Shown here in pieces: positions 28,241 to 37,569 of a stretch of 64,000 nt of DNA. Numbering within the stretch: the first letter of the stretch is position 1; every line of letters begins with the position of its first letter. Below the pieces are notes generated by a model. The model was not told where the DNA came from. It searched no databases and was given only the letters and a program-made list of their open reading frames with translations. The translations under genes and the position numbers were made by a program. Source of the DNA: Candidatus Velthaea sp. (GTDB lineage Bacteria; Vulcanimicrobiota; Vulcanimicrobiia; Vulcanimicrobiales; Vulcanimicrobiaceae); NCBI GenBank assembly GCA_965214935.1, contig CBDCCS010000011.1, positions 160,001-224,000 of the forward strand. The letters run 5' to 3'.

Positions 28241-29067
28241 AGAACGGGCGCTGCAGGTAGCGCGGCGGTCGAGCTTAAGATCAAGCGTGCTGTTTGGATC
28301 GGTACGTCCCAATGGGGAAAATGCCCGCAGCCCTCAAACCAAACAAGTCGGGCGGTGGGAAACAGCGCTTGCGCTCGTTTGGCCTGATCGGGAAAACACA
28401 CGCGATCTTGCCGGCCCCAGACAATCGTGATCGGATTAGCCGGCGTTTCCCCGGCCATGCCGAGTTGCGGCGGCCCGTCGACGAGTTGATCGAGCAAGGC
28501 ATCGAACGACGGCGCCGCGGCAAAGGTCCGCATCTCCGTCAAGGTCGCCGTCGGCGAGAGTTTCCACGGCTTGGCTGAGAACTGCGCGAACAGCAGTGTC
28601 CGGCCGAGTCGCGACCGGGTCAAGAGCGGCATCACCGGTTGCAGCAAGCGAACGAGTCGGACGGACGCGCGAATCGATGCTGCAAAAAATTCCTTTTGCC
28701 AGCCCTTCCAAAAACCGCCCGGGTCGAGCGAAACGACGGCACCGACGACTCCGCGGCGAGCCAGTTCGAGAACGAGGCGCGCGCCCATCGAACTGCCGAC
28801 GACATCGACTCCGAGCAGCTCGTGATCGCGGAGAAAGGCCGTCACCGCGTCGGCCAGCGATCCGATCGAGACGAGCCCCGGCAGCGGCGCAGTTTCACCG
28901 AAGCCCGGCAAGTCGACGGCGATCACGTCGCGCTCGGCGCTAAGCGCATCGAGCACGAGCGACCACGACTTCCAGCTGCCGCCCAGGCCATGCAAAAGCA
29001 GCAGCGGTTTGCCGGTCCCCATCCGCACGTAATGCATCGGCGGCGTGGTCGACTCGCTTGTCTGCAT
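28237..29067 (-). CDS. alpha/beta hydrolase
   Basis: LLHGLGG, DLPGFG, GSSMG nucleophile elbow and GHFPH. Confidence 0.9.
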   Translation of the reverse strand: MQTSESTTPPMHYVRMGTGKPLLLLHGLGGSWKSWSLVLDALSAERDVIAVDLPGFGETAPLPGLVSIGSLADAVTAFLRDHELLGVDVVGSSMGARLVLELARRGVVGAVVSLDPGGFWKGWQKEFFAASIRASVRLVRLLQPVMPLLTRSRLGRTLLFAQFSAKPWKLSPTATLTEMRTFAAAPSFDALLDQLVDGPPQLGMAGETPANPITIVWGRQDRVCFPDQAKRAQALFPTARLVWFEGCGHFPHWDVPIQTARLILSSTAALPAAPVL

Positions 29068-29129
29068 TATGAATCCTTACCCGGAGATACGGCGGATTAC
29101 CCGTTGCCGTTCGTGCAGCGAGCCGGGTG

Positions 29130-29140
29130 TGTGCTATAAT
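29130..29140 (+). promoter_or_regulatory. extended -10 promoter of the rpsB-tsf operon
   Basis: TGTGCTATAAT (TRTGnTATAAT consensus) about 100 nt upstream of rpsB. Confidence 0.75.
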
Positions 29141-29145
29141 CGAGC

Positions 29146-29241
29146 GGTTGTCACATCCCGCCGCCCCGGAGCGGGCGGCGTTATGGCTCCGAATGCAAGC
29201 CGCCAGGGACGGTCGGCTTGCGGAGTTCAGAAAGGTTTCGC
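29146..29241 (+). ncRNA. structured rpsB 5' leader (putative S2 autoregulatory element)
   Basis: Lies between the promoter and rpsB; two hairpin-forming segments, CGCCGCCC..GGGCGGCG and GCAAGCCG..CGGCTTGC. Confidence 0.55.
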
Positions 29242-30006
29242 ATGTCAGTTATTTCCATGCGCGCTCTGCTCGAAGCCGGCGTTCATTTCGGCCATCAGAC
29301 ACGGCGCTGGAACCCCAAGATGAAGCCGTACATTTTTCAAGAGCGTAACGGCATCTACATCATCGATTTAGCCAAAACGGTCGTTAAGCTCAACGAAGTG
29401 TATCAGACCGTGCGCCAGCTGTCGCGTGACGGCCGGGTCATTTTGTTCGTCGGCACCAAAAAGCAAGCCCAGGACGTGGTTAAAGAAGAGGCCGAACGTG
29501 CAGGCACGTATTTCGTCAATCAGCGTTGGCTGGGCGGGACGCTAACCAACTTCTCAACGATTCAAAAGCGCATCGCGCGGCTGCGCGAACTCGAAGGAAT
29601 GAAGCAGCAAGGCACCTTCGATCTGCTGCCCAAAAAAGAAGTCTCGCGGCTTTCCGACGAGCTCGATAAGCTCGAGCGTTTTCTCGGCGGAATCAAAGAC
29701 ATGCATCGGCTGCCCGATGCGATCTTCATCGTCGATCCGAAGAAAGAACGCATCGCCGTTCTCGAAGCGCGCAAATTGAAAATCCCGATCATTGCCGTCG
29801 TCGATACGAACTGCGATCCGGATGAGATCGATTACCTCATCCCCGGTAACGACGACGCGATCCGCGCGGTGAAATTGATGGTCGGCAAAATTGCCGATGC
29901 CATCATCGAAGGCCGCACCGAAACCGAGTCGGCGTACGATGCCCAAGATTACGACGAGCAGTACGCCGAGACGGCAGAAGCCGAGCAGCCGGCAGCGGTC
30001 GCCTAA
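29242..30006 (+). CDS. rpsB: 30S ribosomal protein S2
   Basis: [28 protein letters not shown] and [17 protein letters not shown] motifs. Confidence 0.99.
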   Translation: MSVISMRALLEAGVHFGHQTRRWNPKMKPYIFQERNGIYIIDLAKTVVKLNEVYQTVRQLSRDGRVILFVGTKKQAQDVVKEEAERAGTYFVNQRWLGGTLTNFSTIQKRIARLRELEGMKQQGTFDLLPKKEVSRLSDELDKLERFLGGIKDMHRLPDAIFIVDPKKERIAVLEARKLKIPIIAVVDTNCDPDEIDYLIPGNDDAIRAVKLMVGKIADAIIEGRTETESAYDAQDYDEQYAETAEAEQPAAVA

Positions 30007-30019
30007 CGTGAGTTCCGCG

Positions 30020-30619
30020 ATGACGTATAAGCCGACGGCCGATGAGGTGAAACGTTTGCGCGAAGCAAGCGGAGCCGGAATGATCGATTGCCGCAACGCG
30101 CTCGTTCATGCCGAAGGCGACTTCGACAAAGCCAAAACTCGGCTGCTCGAACAGGGTCAAGCCAAGGCCGAGAAAAAAGCCGAGCGTGCGGCACACGAAG
30201 GCATCGTCGGCTCGTACATTCATGCCGGCGGTAAGATCGGCGTTCTCGTCGAGATCAATTGCGAGACCGACTTCGTTGCGCGCAACGAGAAGTTTCAAAC
30301 GCTCGTGCGCGATGTTGCGATGCATGTCGCCGCCATGTCGCCGAAATTTCTCGACCGCGAATCGGTGCCGCAAAGCACGATCGATGAGGTCAAGCAAACG
30401 TTGGCCGAACAAGTGCCGCCCGGCAAGCCGCCCAACATCGTCGAAGCTATCATCAACGGCAAGCTCAGCAAATGGTATGAAGACAACACGCTCGTCGACC
30501 AGCACTTCGTCAAAGACGATAGCATGACGATCGGCGAGCTCGTTTCGGGCGTTTCGGCCGTTCTCGGCGAACGGATCGCCGTGCGCCGCTTCATCAAGTT
30601 CGCATTGGGCGAGGGTTAA
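30020..30619 (+). CDS. tsf: elongation factor Ts (short form)
   Basis: [16 protein letters not shown] and [12 protein letters not shown]; about 199 aa. An alternative in-frame GTG start is at 30008. Confidence 0.97.
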   Translation: MTYKPTADEVKRLREASGAGMIDCRNALVHAEGDFDKAKTRLLEQGQAKAEKKAERAAHEGIVGSYIHAGGKIGVLVEINCETDFVARNEKFQTLVRDVAMHVAAMSPKFLDRESVPQSTIDEVKQTLAEQVPPGKPPNIVEAIINGKLSKWYEDNTLVDQHFVKDDSMTIGELVSGVSAVLGERIAVRRFIKFALGEG

Positions 30620-30644
30620 GCAGAGAGTCGACCAAGAACGCCTT

Positions 30645-31367
30645 ATGCCCGATCCGCATTACCGGCGAATACTTCTGAAGCTTTCGGGCGAAGCGTTTGC
30701 CGGAGCGGGCGGGCAAGTCGACGTTGATACCACGGCGCTGATGGCCGAGCAAATCGCGCACATCCACGCCGACGGCGTATCGACGGCCGTCGTCGTCGGC
30801 GGTGGTAATATCTGGCGCGGGAAACCGCATGAAGCCGCCGGGATGGAACGCGCGACCGCCGATTACATGGGGATGCTCGCGACGGTCATTAACGCGCTTG
30901 CGCTGCAAGCTTCGCTCGAACGTATCGACGTGCCGTCACGCGTGCAGACGGCAATCGAGATGCATCAAATCGCCGAGCCGTACATTCGGCGGCGGGCGAT
31001 CCGGCATCTCGACAAAGGGCGCATCGTGATCTTCGGCGCGGGCACCGGCAATCCGTATTTCACTACCGATACGACTGCGGCGTTGCGCGCGGTCGAGATC
31101 GGTGCCCAAGCGATTTTCAAGGCGACCAAGGTCGACGGCGTTTATTCGGCCGATCCGAATACGGATCCGACCGCGACGCGCTTCAAGCAGATCGATTACT
31201 TGCGTGCGCTGCAGTTAGGCTTGCAGATCATGGACAGCACGGCGCTCACGTTGTGCATGGATAACAACGTGCCGATCATCGTCTTCGATATGAACGTCCC
31301 GGGGAATATCCGGCGCGCCGTCATGGGCGAAGACATCGGCACGCTCGTCGGCGCGCCGCGCCGATAG
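30645..31367 (+). CDS. pyrH: UMP kinase
   Basis: [17 protein letters not shown] and [10 protein letters not shown] motifs. Confidence 0.99.
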   Translation: MPDPHYRRILLKLSGEAFAGAGGQVDVDTTALMAEQIAHIHADGVSTAVVVGGGNIWRGKPHEAAGMERATADYMGMLATVINALALQASLERIDVPSRVQTAIEMHQIAEPYIRRRAIRHLDKGRIVIFGAGTGNPYFTTDTTAALRAVEIGAQAIFKATKVDGVYSADPNTDPTATRFKQIDYLRALQLGLQIMDSTALTLCMDNNVPIIVFDMNVPGNIRRAVMGEDIGTLVGAPRR

Positions 31368-31424
31368 CGCCGAACCGGCGACATTGCCGGCCACGGAGCT
31401 CGGCTGTCAACAACGGAGACGAAC

Positions 31425-31997
31425 ATGGCTGAAATACTCACGCTCGACGGTCTGTATAAAGATACCGACGGGCGCATGACCAAAGCGATCGAATCGACCC
31501 GTAGCGAGTTTGCTTCGATCCGCACCGGTCGCGCGTCGCCGTCGCTGCTGGACCGTCTGCACGTCGAGGCCTATGGCGCGTCGGTGCCGCTCAAGCAAGT
31601 CGCCAGCGTGTCGTCGCCCGACGGCCGTTCGTTGCAAGTTTCCGCATTCGATAAGAGTGTCGTCGGCGCGATCCGCAAAGCGATTGAAACCAGCGACCTC
31701 GGACTCAATCCGAACATCGACGGACAGACGATCCGCTTGTCGATCCCGCCGCTCACCGAAGACCGGCGCAAAGATCTCGTCAAAGTCGTGCGCAAGAAAG
31801 GCGAGGATGGAAAAGTTGCCATCCGCAATATCCGTCATCGCGCAACCGATGAGGTGAAAGCGCTGGTGAAAGGCGGGACGATCACGGAAGACGAGGTCAA
31901 GCGGGCCGGCGATCACGTGCAGAAATTAACCGATCGCTTTATCAAGCAGATCGACGAACTCGTCGGTTACAAAGAGAAAGAAATCATGGAGGTGTGA
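31425..31997 (+). CDS. frr: ribosome recycling factor
   Basis: IRTGRASP, DLGLNP, IPPLTEDRRK and KEKEIMEV motifs. Confidence 0.99.
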   Translation: MAEILTLDGLYKDTDGRMTKAIESTRSEFASIRTGRASPSLLDRLHVEAYGASVPLKQVASVSSPDGRSLQVSAFDKSVVGAIRKAIETSDLGLNPNIDGQTIRLSIPPLTEDRRKDLVKVVRKKGEDGKVAIRNIRHRATDEVKALVKGGTITEDEVKRAGDHVQKLTDRFIKQIDELVGYKEKEIMEV

Positions 31998-32194
31998 TGC
32001 ACGAAACGCTCACGCTATTGCCCGAAGTGCAAGCACGCCTCGCACTTGCCGGTCAATCGTTGCGCTTCGCAATCTTGCGCCCGCCGTACCCGGCGCTCGG
32101 CGTCGGGAGCTTACGCGTTCTGCGCGTTCGCGAAGCTGCCGATGCCGTAGTGGAAATGATCGCCGGCTACGACAACTACGAGCGCCTCGATTAG
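31997..32194 (+). CDS. small hypothetical protein coupled to frr
   Basis: TGATG overlap with the frr stop and GGAGG SD at 31988-31992; 65 aa. Confidence 0.65.
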   Translation: MHETLTLLPEVQARLALAGQSLRFAILRPPYPALGVGSLRVLRVREAADAVVEMIAGYDNYERLD

Positions 32195-32195
32195 C

Positions 32196-33032
32196 CTGAC
32201 GGCTGCGCCGTCCGCCTCGGCACCGCGGGTCGCGGCCGGCGGCCGGCGCCTCGCGATCGGGCTGGTTCTCGCCGGGCTTGGCTTGGGGCTCGCGTTGTGG
32301 CCGCCGGGGTTCGCGCTGCTCGTTGAGGCGATTGCCATCGGTGCGCTGTGGGAGCTTGGAAAACTTGCCGAGCGCAAAGGCGTTCCAATCGAGTTTACCG
32401 TCGCGGCGCTGGCCTCGACGGCGTTTTTGGTGCTGACGTTTTTCGGTTTGATTCAGCGGTTCGAGAGCGATCTTATCTCACTGACGCTCGTTGCTGCGCT
32501 GCTCAGCGCCACGTTTCTGCGGCGCGGCCAGCAACTGATGCGTTCGGCATTTACGCTGCTGGGCGTCCTGTATATCGGCAAGCTGCTATCGTACTTCATT
32601 GCCATTCGCGCCTTGCCCGGCATCGGCGCGATGGCGACCGTGATGGTGATTTTCATCATCGCGCTCACCGACATCGGCGCGATGGCGGTCGGCATACGGT
32701 GGGGCCGCACGCCGCTCACCCCGTTATCGCCGCGCAAGACCGTTGAGGGTGCGCTCGGCGGCCTTGGGATTTCGACGCTGGCGGCAATCGCTTTTGCCTT
32801 GGCGCTGCATTGGCGGTGGGACGAGGGCGTGATCGTCGGCGTTCTAACGTCGTTTGCAGCCCAAGCCGGCGATGTCGTCGAATCGGCGCTCAAGCGCGAT
32901 GCGAAAGTAAAAGACGCCGGCACGGTAATCGCCGGTCACGGCGGCATCCTCGACCGTTTCGATTCATATCTGTTCGGCGGCATTGCCTTTTATTTCGCTT
33001 TAGTGTTGATCGGGAAGATACCGCTTGGCTAA
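32196..33032 (+). CDS. cdsA: phosphatidate cytidylyltransferase
   Basis: SPRKTVEG and GDVVESALKRDAKVKDAG..IAGHGGILDRFDS motifs; start is probably CTG 32196 (first standard start is TTG 32283). Confidence 0.92.
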   Translation: MTAAPSASAPRVAAGGRRLAIGLVLAGLGLGLALWPPGFALLVEAIAIGALWELGKLAERKGVPIEFTVAALASTAFLVLTFFGLIQRFESDLISLTLVAALLSATFLRRGQQLMRSAFTLLGVLYIGKLLSYFIAIRALPGIGAMATVMVIFIIALTDIGAMAVGIRWGRTPLTPLSPRKTVEGALGGLGISTLAAIAFALALHWRWDEGVIVGVLTSFAAQAGDVVESALKRDAKVKDAGTVIAGHGGILDRFDSYLFGGIAFYFALVLIGKIPLG

Positions 33033-34173
33033 GAAACGCGTGGCGATCCTCGGCTCGACGGGCAGCATCGGCACGCAAGCGCTCGAAGTCATCGCCCGTC
33101 ATCCCGAGCGCTTTAAGGTCGTCGGGTTAGCCGCCGGCTCGAACGCCGCGCGGCTGCGCGACCAGGCCGACCGCTTTGGGCCCACTGTCGTCTCGCTCGG
33201 CAGTGTGGATGGATCGGCCGGTCTGTACCGGGTCGCCGTCGAGAGCGAACCGGATATCGTGCTTGCAGCTACCGACGGCGCGGTTGCCTTCGACGCCGTT
33301 TTCGCCGCCGTCGACGCCGGCATCACGATTGCCGTTGCCAACAAAGAACTGATCGTCGCCGCCGGCGAGTTGCTTTTTGCACATGCTGCGCGCAGCGGTG
33401 CGCGATTGCTGCCCGTCGACAGCGAACACAGTGCGATCTTTCAATGCCTGGTCGGCGAACCGCTCGAGCGCGTTGCCGCAATCGTTCTCACGGCCTCGGG
33501 CGGACCGTTTTGGGACCGCGGCATCGAAGAGATTCGCACGGCGACCGTGGCCGATGCGTTGCGTCACCCGACGTGGCAGATGGGGACGAAGAACACGATC
33601 GATTCCGCGTCGCTGATGAATAAGGGACTTGAAGTGATCGAAGCGAGCCGGTTCTTCGGTCTGCCCGGCGACCGGATTGCCGTGGTCGTGCATCGCACGA
33701 GTGTCGCGCACGGTATGGCGATATTTACCGACGGCAACGTAAAGGCGCAGCTCGCACCGCCCGATATGCGCTTACCGATCGGCTACGCGTTGGCGTATCC
33801 CGATCGTTTGCCCGCGCCGGTTCCCGGCGACGTCCTTGTCGCATTGGGAGCCGAACGCGGGACCGACGTCACGACGCTGCGCTTCGAGCGCCCGGACTTC
33901 GAGCGCTTTCCATGTCTAGGCCTTGCCTACGAGGCGCTGGCGCGCGGCGGGACGCGCCCGGCTGTGGTGTCGGCCGCGAATGAAATCGCCGTTGCTGCGT
34001 TTGTAAATGGTGAGATTCCGTTCGGCGCGATCCCGGAGTGCATCGCACAGGCGAGCGCTGAGGTCCAACAGAGTGAACTAACACTCGAAGCCGTGCGCGC
34101 TGCCGATCGGTCGGCACGCCGTGCGGCAACAGCCGCTGTTGCGGAACGCCGTGTGAAAATCCGAGGGAAATGA
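33025..34173 (+). CDS. dxr: 1-deoxy-D-xylulose-5-phosphate reductoisomerase
   Basis: ILGSTGSIGTQ, ANKE, LPVDSEHSAIFQ, LTASGGPF and HPTWQMG..IDSASLMNKGLE motifs. Confidence 0.98.
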   Translation: MAKKRVAILGSTGSIGTQALEVIARHPERFKVVGLAAGSNAARLRDQADRFGPTVVSLGSVDGSAGLYRVAVESEPDIVLAATDGAVAFDAVFAAVDAGITIAVANKELIVAAGELLFAHAARSGARLLPVDSEHSAIFQCLVGEPLERVAAIVLTASGGPFWDRGIEEIRTATVADALRHPTWQMGTKNTIDSASLMNKGLEVIEASRFFGLPGDRIAVVVHRTSVAHGMAIFTDGNVKAQLAPPDMRLPIGYALAYPDRLPAPVPGDVLVALGAERGTDVTTLRFERPDFERFPCLGLAYEALARGGTRPAVVSAANEIAVAAFVNGEIPFGAIPECIAQASAEVQQSELTLEAVRAADRSARRAATAAVAERRVKIRGK

Positions 34174-35429
34174 CGCACCTGCTCGCTTTTAGTCTTCCAA
34201 CGCTCGCCGGACTTGGCAAGATCCTCGTCTTCTTGGTGATGATTTCGCTGTTGATCGTGCTGCACGAGTACGGTCATTTCATCGTCGCTCGCCGCAACGG
34301 CGTTCGAGTCAACGATTTCGCCCTCGGCATGGGGCCGACGATTTTACGCTGGACGTCGCCGCGCAGCGGCACGAATTACTTGCTCAATCTTTTCCCGATC
34401 GGCGGTTATTGCGCGATGAAGGGTGAGGACGGCAAGACCAACGAGGCCGAACAGCAGCGTCAATTCCGGCATGATGTCGGAACGGCCGTTACGGGTTCGG
34501 TCGCAGGCACCCCGGGCTACTCATCGAGCGGTGTCGCTCTGCTGCCCGAGCGCGAAACCCAGCGCCGCGTTACACCGGCATTCGGGTCGGCAGCCGTACG
34601 GGTCCACGAAGACGACAATTTTCAAGCGAAGCGCCCCTTACAGCGGCTCGCGATCGTCGTTGCCGGTCCGTTCATGAACTTCATCGTCGCCATCGTGCTG
34701 CTTGTCGTGTCGTATGCGGTGCTCGGCATTCCGTCGCCGACGACGCAAGTCGGAAACGTCTCGCCCGGTAAACCCGCAGCGCTGGCCGGACTGCGCGCCG
34801 GCGACCGGATCACCGCGGTCAACGGCGTGCCGGTTAGCGACGGCATCGTACTCGTCCGCGACATTCAAGGCTCGCTGGGCAAGCCGCTCGTGCTCGAGTA
34901 CGTGCGCGGGACCGAATCGCGTTCCGTCAGCTTGACTCCGGTTGCCGGTCCGGACGGTGCCGGACACACGGTCGGAATCATCGGCTTCATGAAAGTACTC
35001 GCGCCGCAACGCGTTTCGCTGGCCAGTGCGCTGACGCGCAGCGGCCAGGATTTTGCGGCCATCTGGACCAGCACGTTCGGCGCGCTGGGCGGGTTGTTCA
35101 CGCATCCGGCGGCAACGGCCGGACAACTGCACGGCGTCGTCGGAATGGCCAGCGTTTCAGGCGAAGTTCAGGATGCGGGTTGGGGCGCATATTTTAGCTT
35201 TGCGGCGCTCATCTCGATATCACTCGGCATCTTCAATCTGCTGCCGATCCCGGCGCTCGACGGCGGCCGCGGCGTGTTCATTCTCGCCGAGATGCTACGC
35301 GGGAAACCGGTCGATCCGGAGAAGGAAGCACTCGTGCATGTCGGCGGCTTTGCGGTCCTCATCGTATTAATGCTCGCCGTTTCGTACCACGACATCGCTA
35401 ATCTCGTTTCAGGCAAAGGGGCTTTCTAA
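34170..35429 (+). CDS. rseP: RIP metalloprotease RseP (M50, PDZ domain)
   Basis: HEYGH, AGPFMN, PDZ segment GLRAGDRI and NLLPIPALDGG. Confidence 0.95.
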   Translation: MTHLLAFSLPTLAGLGKILVFLVMISLLIVLHEYGHFIVARRNGVRVNDFALGMGPTILRWTSPRSGTNYLLNLFPIGGYCAMKGEDGKTNEAEQQRQFRHDVGTAVTGSVAGTPGYSSSGVALLPERETQRRVTPAFGSAAVRVHEDDNFQAKRPLQRLAIVVAGPFMNFIVAIVLLVVSYAVLGIPSPTTQVGNVSPGKPAALAGLRAGDRITAVNGVPVSDGIVLVRDIQGSLGKPLVLEYVRGTESRSVSLTPVAGPDGAGHTVGIIGFMKVLAPQRVSLASALTRSGQDFAAIWTSTFGALGGLFTHPAATAGQLHGVVGMASVSGEVQDAGWGAYFSFAALISISLGIFNLLPIPALDGGRGVFILAEMLRGKPVDPEKEALVHVGGFAVLIVLMLAVSYHDIANLVSGKGAF

Positions 35430-35431
35430 AG

Positions 35432-36583
35432 GTGATCCGCTTACGGCGTAAATCGAAGCCGATTTTTCTTAAGAACAAATCGGGTGAGTCGGACGCCAAA
35501 GGCGTTTGGATCGGCGGCGATCACCCGATCGCCGTGCAGTCGATGACGACGACAGATACGGCCGACTACGATAAGACACTCGAGCAAGTGTACGGTCTGG
35601 CAATGGCCGGTTGTGAGATCGTTCGCGTGACCTGCCAAGATAGTAAAGACGCGGCCGGTTTACCGCACATCGTGAAGCGCAGTCCGGTTCCGATCGTCGC
35701 CGACATTCACTTCGATCATCGCATGGCGCTGGCGGCCATCGAAGCCGGTGTTGCCAAATTGCGCTTGAATCCGGGTAACATCACCGATCCGGTCAAAACG
35801 CGCGAGGTCGTGGAACTGGCCAGACAGCGCGGTACGCCGATCCGCATCGGTGTGAACATGGGTTCGCTTGCGCATGATTTGGAACTCAAACTCGGTCACA
35901 CGCCGGAGGCTATGGTCGAGTCGGCGATGCGGCATGTCGAGATTCTCGAAGATCTCGGTCACACCGATATCATCATTAGCCTTAAAGCGCACGATGCACC
36001 GACAACGGTGTATTCGTACCGGTTGATGGATAAGCGCCTCGCCGAGCGTCAAACGCCCTATGGTTTGCATCTCGGCGTCACCGAGGCCGGTTTGCCGCGC
36101 GAGGGAACGATAAAAAGTTCGATCGGGCTCGGCATTCTGCTATGGGAAGGGATCGGCGATACGTTGCGTGTTTCGCTAGCCGCCGATCCGATCGAAGAAA
36201 TACCGGTTGCCTGGGGGATCCTCAAGGCGCTTGGTTTGCGCGAGAAAGGCTTCGATATCACCGCGTGTCCTTCGTGCGGACGAGCCGAGATACAGGTCGT
36301 CGACTTAGCGCGATCGGTTGAAGCGATCGCTAAGGAGTATACGGCACCGGTAAAAGTTGCCGTGATGGGTTGCGTTGTCAATGGCCCGGGCGAGTCAAAA
36401 ATGGCCGACGTCGGTATTGCCGGGGGCAAGGGGAAGGGCGCCATTTATCGCAAGGGGTTGCTCGTGGGCACCTTTCCCGAAGACCGGTTACTCGGAGCCT
36501 TGCGCCTGGAGATCGAGAAAGTCATCGCCGAGCAATACCCGGAGTTCTTGCACGAGACGAATCGTGAACCAACACTTGCCTGA
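35432..36583 (+). CDS. ispG: (E)-4-hydroxy-3-methylbut-2-enyl-diphosphate synthase
   Basis: VQSMTTT, PIVADIHF, RLNPGN, HLGVTEAG, GIGDTLRVSL, CPSCGR and MGCVVNGPGE motifs. Confidence 0.98.
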   Translation: MIRLRRKSKPIFLKNKSGESDAKGVWIGGDHPIAVQSMTTTDTADYDKTLEQVYGLAMAGCEIVRVTCQDSKDAAGLPHIVKRSPVPIVADIHFDHRMALAAIEAGVAKLRLNPGNITDPVKTREVVELARQRGTPIRIGVNMGSLAHDLELKLGHTPEAMVESAMRHVEILEDLGHTDIIISLKAHDAPTTVYSYRLMDKRLAERQTPYGLHLGVTEAGLPREGTIKSSIGLGILLWEGIGDTLRVSLAADPIEEIPVAWGILKALGLREKGFDITACPSCGRAEIQVVDLARSVEAIAKEYTAPVKVAVMGCVVNGPGESKMADVGIAGGKGKGAIYRKGLLVGTFPEDRLLGALRLEIEKVIAEQYPEFLHETNREPTLA

Positions 36584-37034
36584 TGCGAAGCTCGTTTTAG
36601 CGACCGCCGCTGTTGCGACGATCGCTTCGGTGTGCCTTGCCGTTTCGACGCCCGCAACGATGATCGTCGACGGTCAGCGGATCGTCGTTGACGTCGCGCC
36701 GGTAACGACGCCGACTTCGGCGTATCTGCCGATTCGGGCGATCTCCGAGGCGACCGGCGGTTCGGCCGTTTTTGACGCGGCGACCAGAACGATCGTCGTG
36801 CGTCGCGGCACCGATGTGCTGCGCCTGAAACTGGGCGAGCGAACCGCCCGCCTCAATGGCCGGACGATCGCGCTATCGCGCGCGCCCTTTACCGTTCGCG
36901 GACGCGCCATGGTCCCGAGCGCCGTTATCGCCGACGCGTTTGGTTCGAGCGTCCGGTATGACGCACGTCAGGCGAAGGTTGATGTCCGCACCCCGGGTGT
37001 CATCGTTGCGCCGTTCCCCGACGACGCTCCGTAA
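36564..37034 (+). CDS. secreted copper amine oxidase N-terminal (stalk) domain protein
   Basis: Signal-like N-terminus; YLPIRAISEATG, APFTVRGRAMVP and FGSSVRYD. Confidence 0.8.
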   Translation: MNQHLPDAKLVLATAAVATIASVCLAVSTPATMIVDGQRIVVDVAPVTTPTSAYLPIRAISEATGGSAVFDAATRTIVVRRGTDVLRLKLGERTARLNGRTIALSRAPFTVRGRAMVPSAVIADAFGSSVRYDARQAKVDVRTPGVIVAPFPDDAP

Positions 37035-37569
37035 GCTTCCGGCGCGCATCAGCGGCGGCGTCGGACGGGCGGCAATCGTCGCAGCGTTCGGCCTCGGCAC
37101 GTTAGCGCCGGCTGGCGCATCAACGTATCGCGGAACGCTCGTTCAGCCCGGCGTCGTGTGGATCAGCGACGGCTCCGCGCCGGCACCGCCGGTTGAAGCC
37201 GAGATGCGCAACGTGCATAAGGCGTTCGTCCCGGCACTGCTGGTTATCACCGCGGGCAGTTCGGTGCGCTTTCCGAATGACGACGGCTTCTTTCACAGTA
37301 TTTACAGCGCCGGGCCGCCCGACCCGTTCGACATCGGCTTCTACGATAACGGGCCGGGCAAGACTGTCGGCTTCGGCGTTGCCGGTGTCGTGACGGTGCG
37401 CTGTCACGTTCACGGCTCGATGCATGCAACGATCGTCGTCGTGGACGGGCCGTGGGCCCAAACGCCGGCGCCGAATCAACCCTACGTTCTTACGAACGTA
37501 CGACCCGGCAAGCACACCTTGCACGTCTGGTCGTCCGACGGTGAAAAGACGTCGTCAATCGAGCTCTAG
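37006..37569 (+). CDS. secreted cupredoxin-like protein
   Basis: FVPALLVITAGSSVRFPNDDGFFHSIYS and CHVHGSM (His/Cys/His/Met copper-ligand pattern). Start uncertain (36982 or 37006). Confidence 0.7.
   Translation: MRRSPTTLRKLPARISGGVGRAAIVAAFGLGTLAPAGASTYRGTLVQPGVVWISDGSAPAPPVEAEMRNVHKAFVPALLVITAGSSVRFPNDDGFFHSIYSAGPPDPFDIGFYDNGPGKTVGFGVAGVVTVRCHVHGSMHATIVVVDGPWAQTPAPNQPYVLTNVRPGKHTLHVWSSDGEKTSSIEL

Noticed and set aside
30020..30619. Truncated or pseudogenised tsf
   Set aside because: Short EF-Ts of about 200 aa is a known normal form in several lineages, and the motifs are intact
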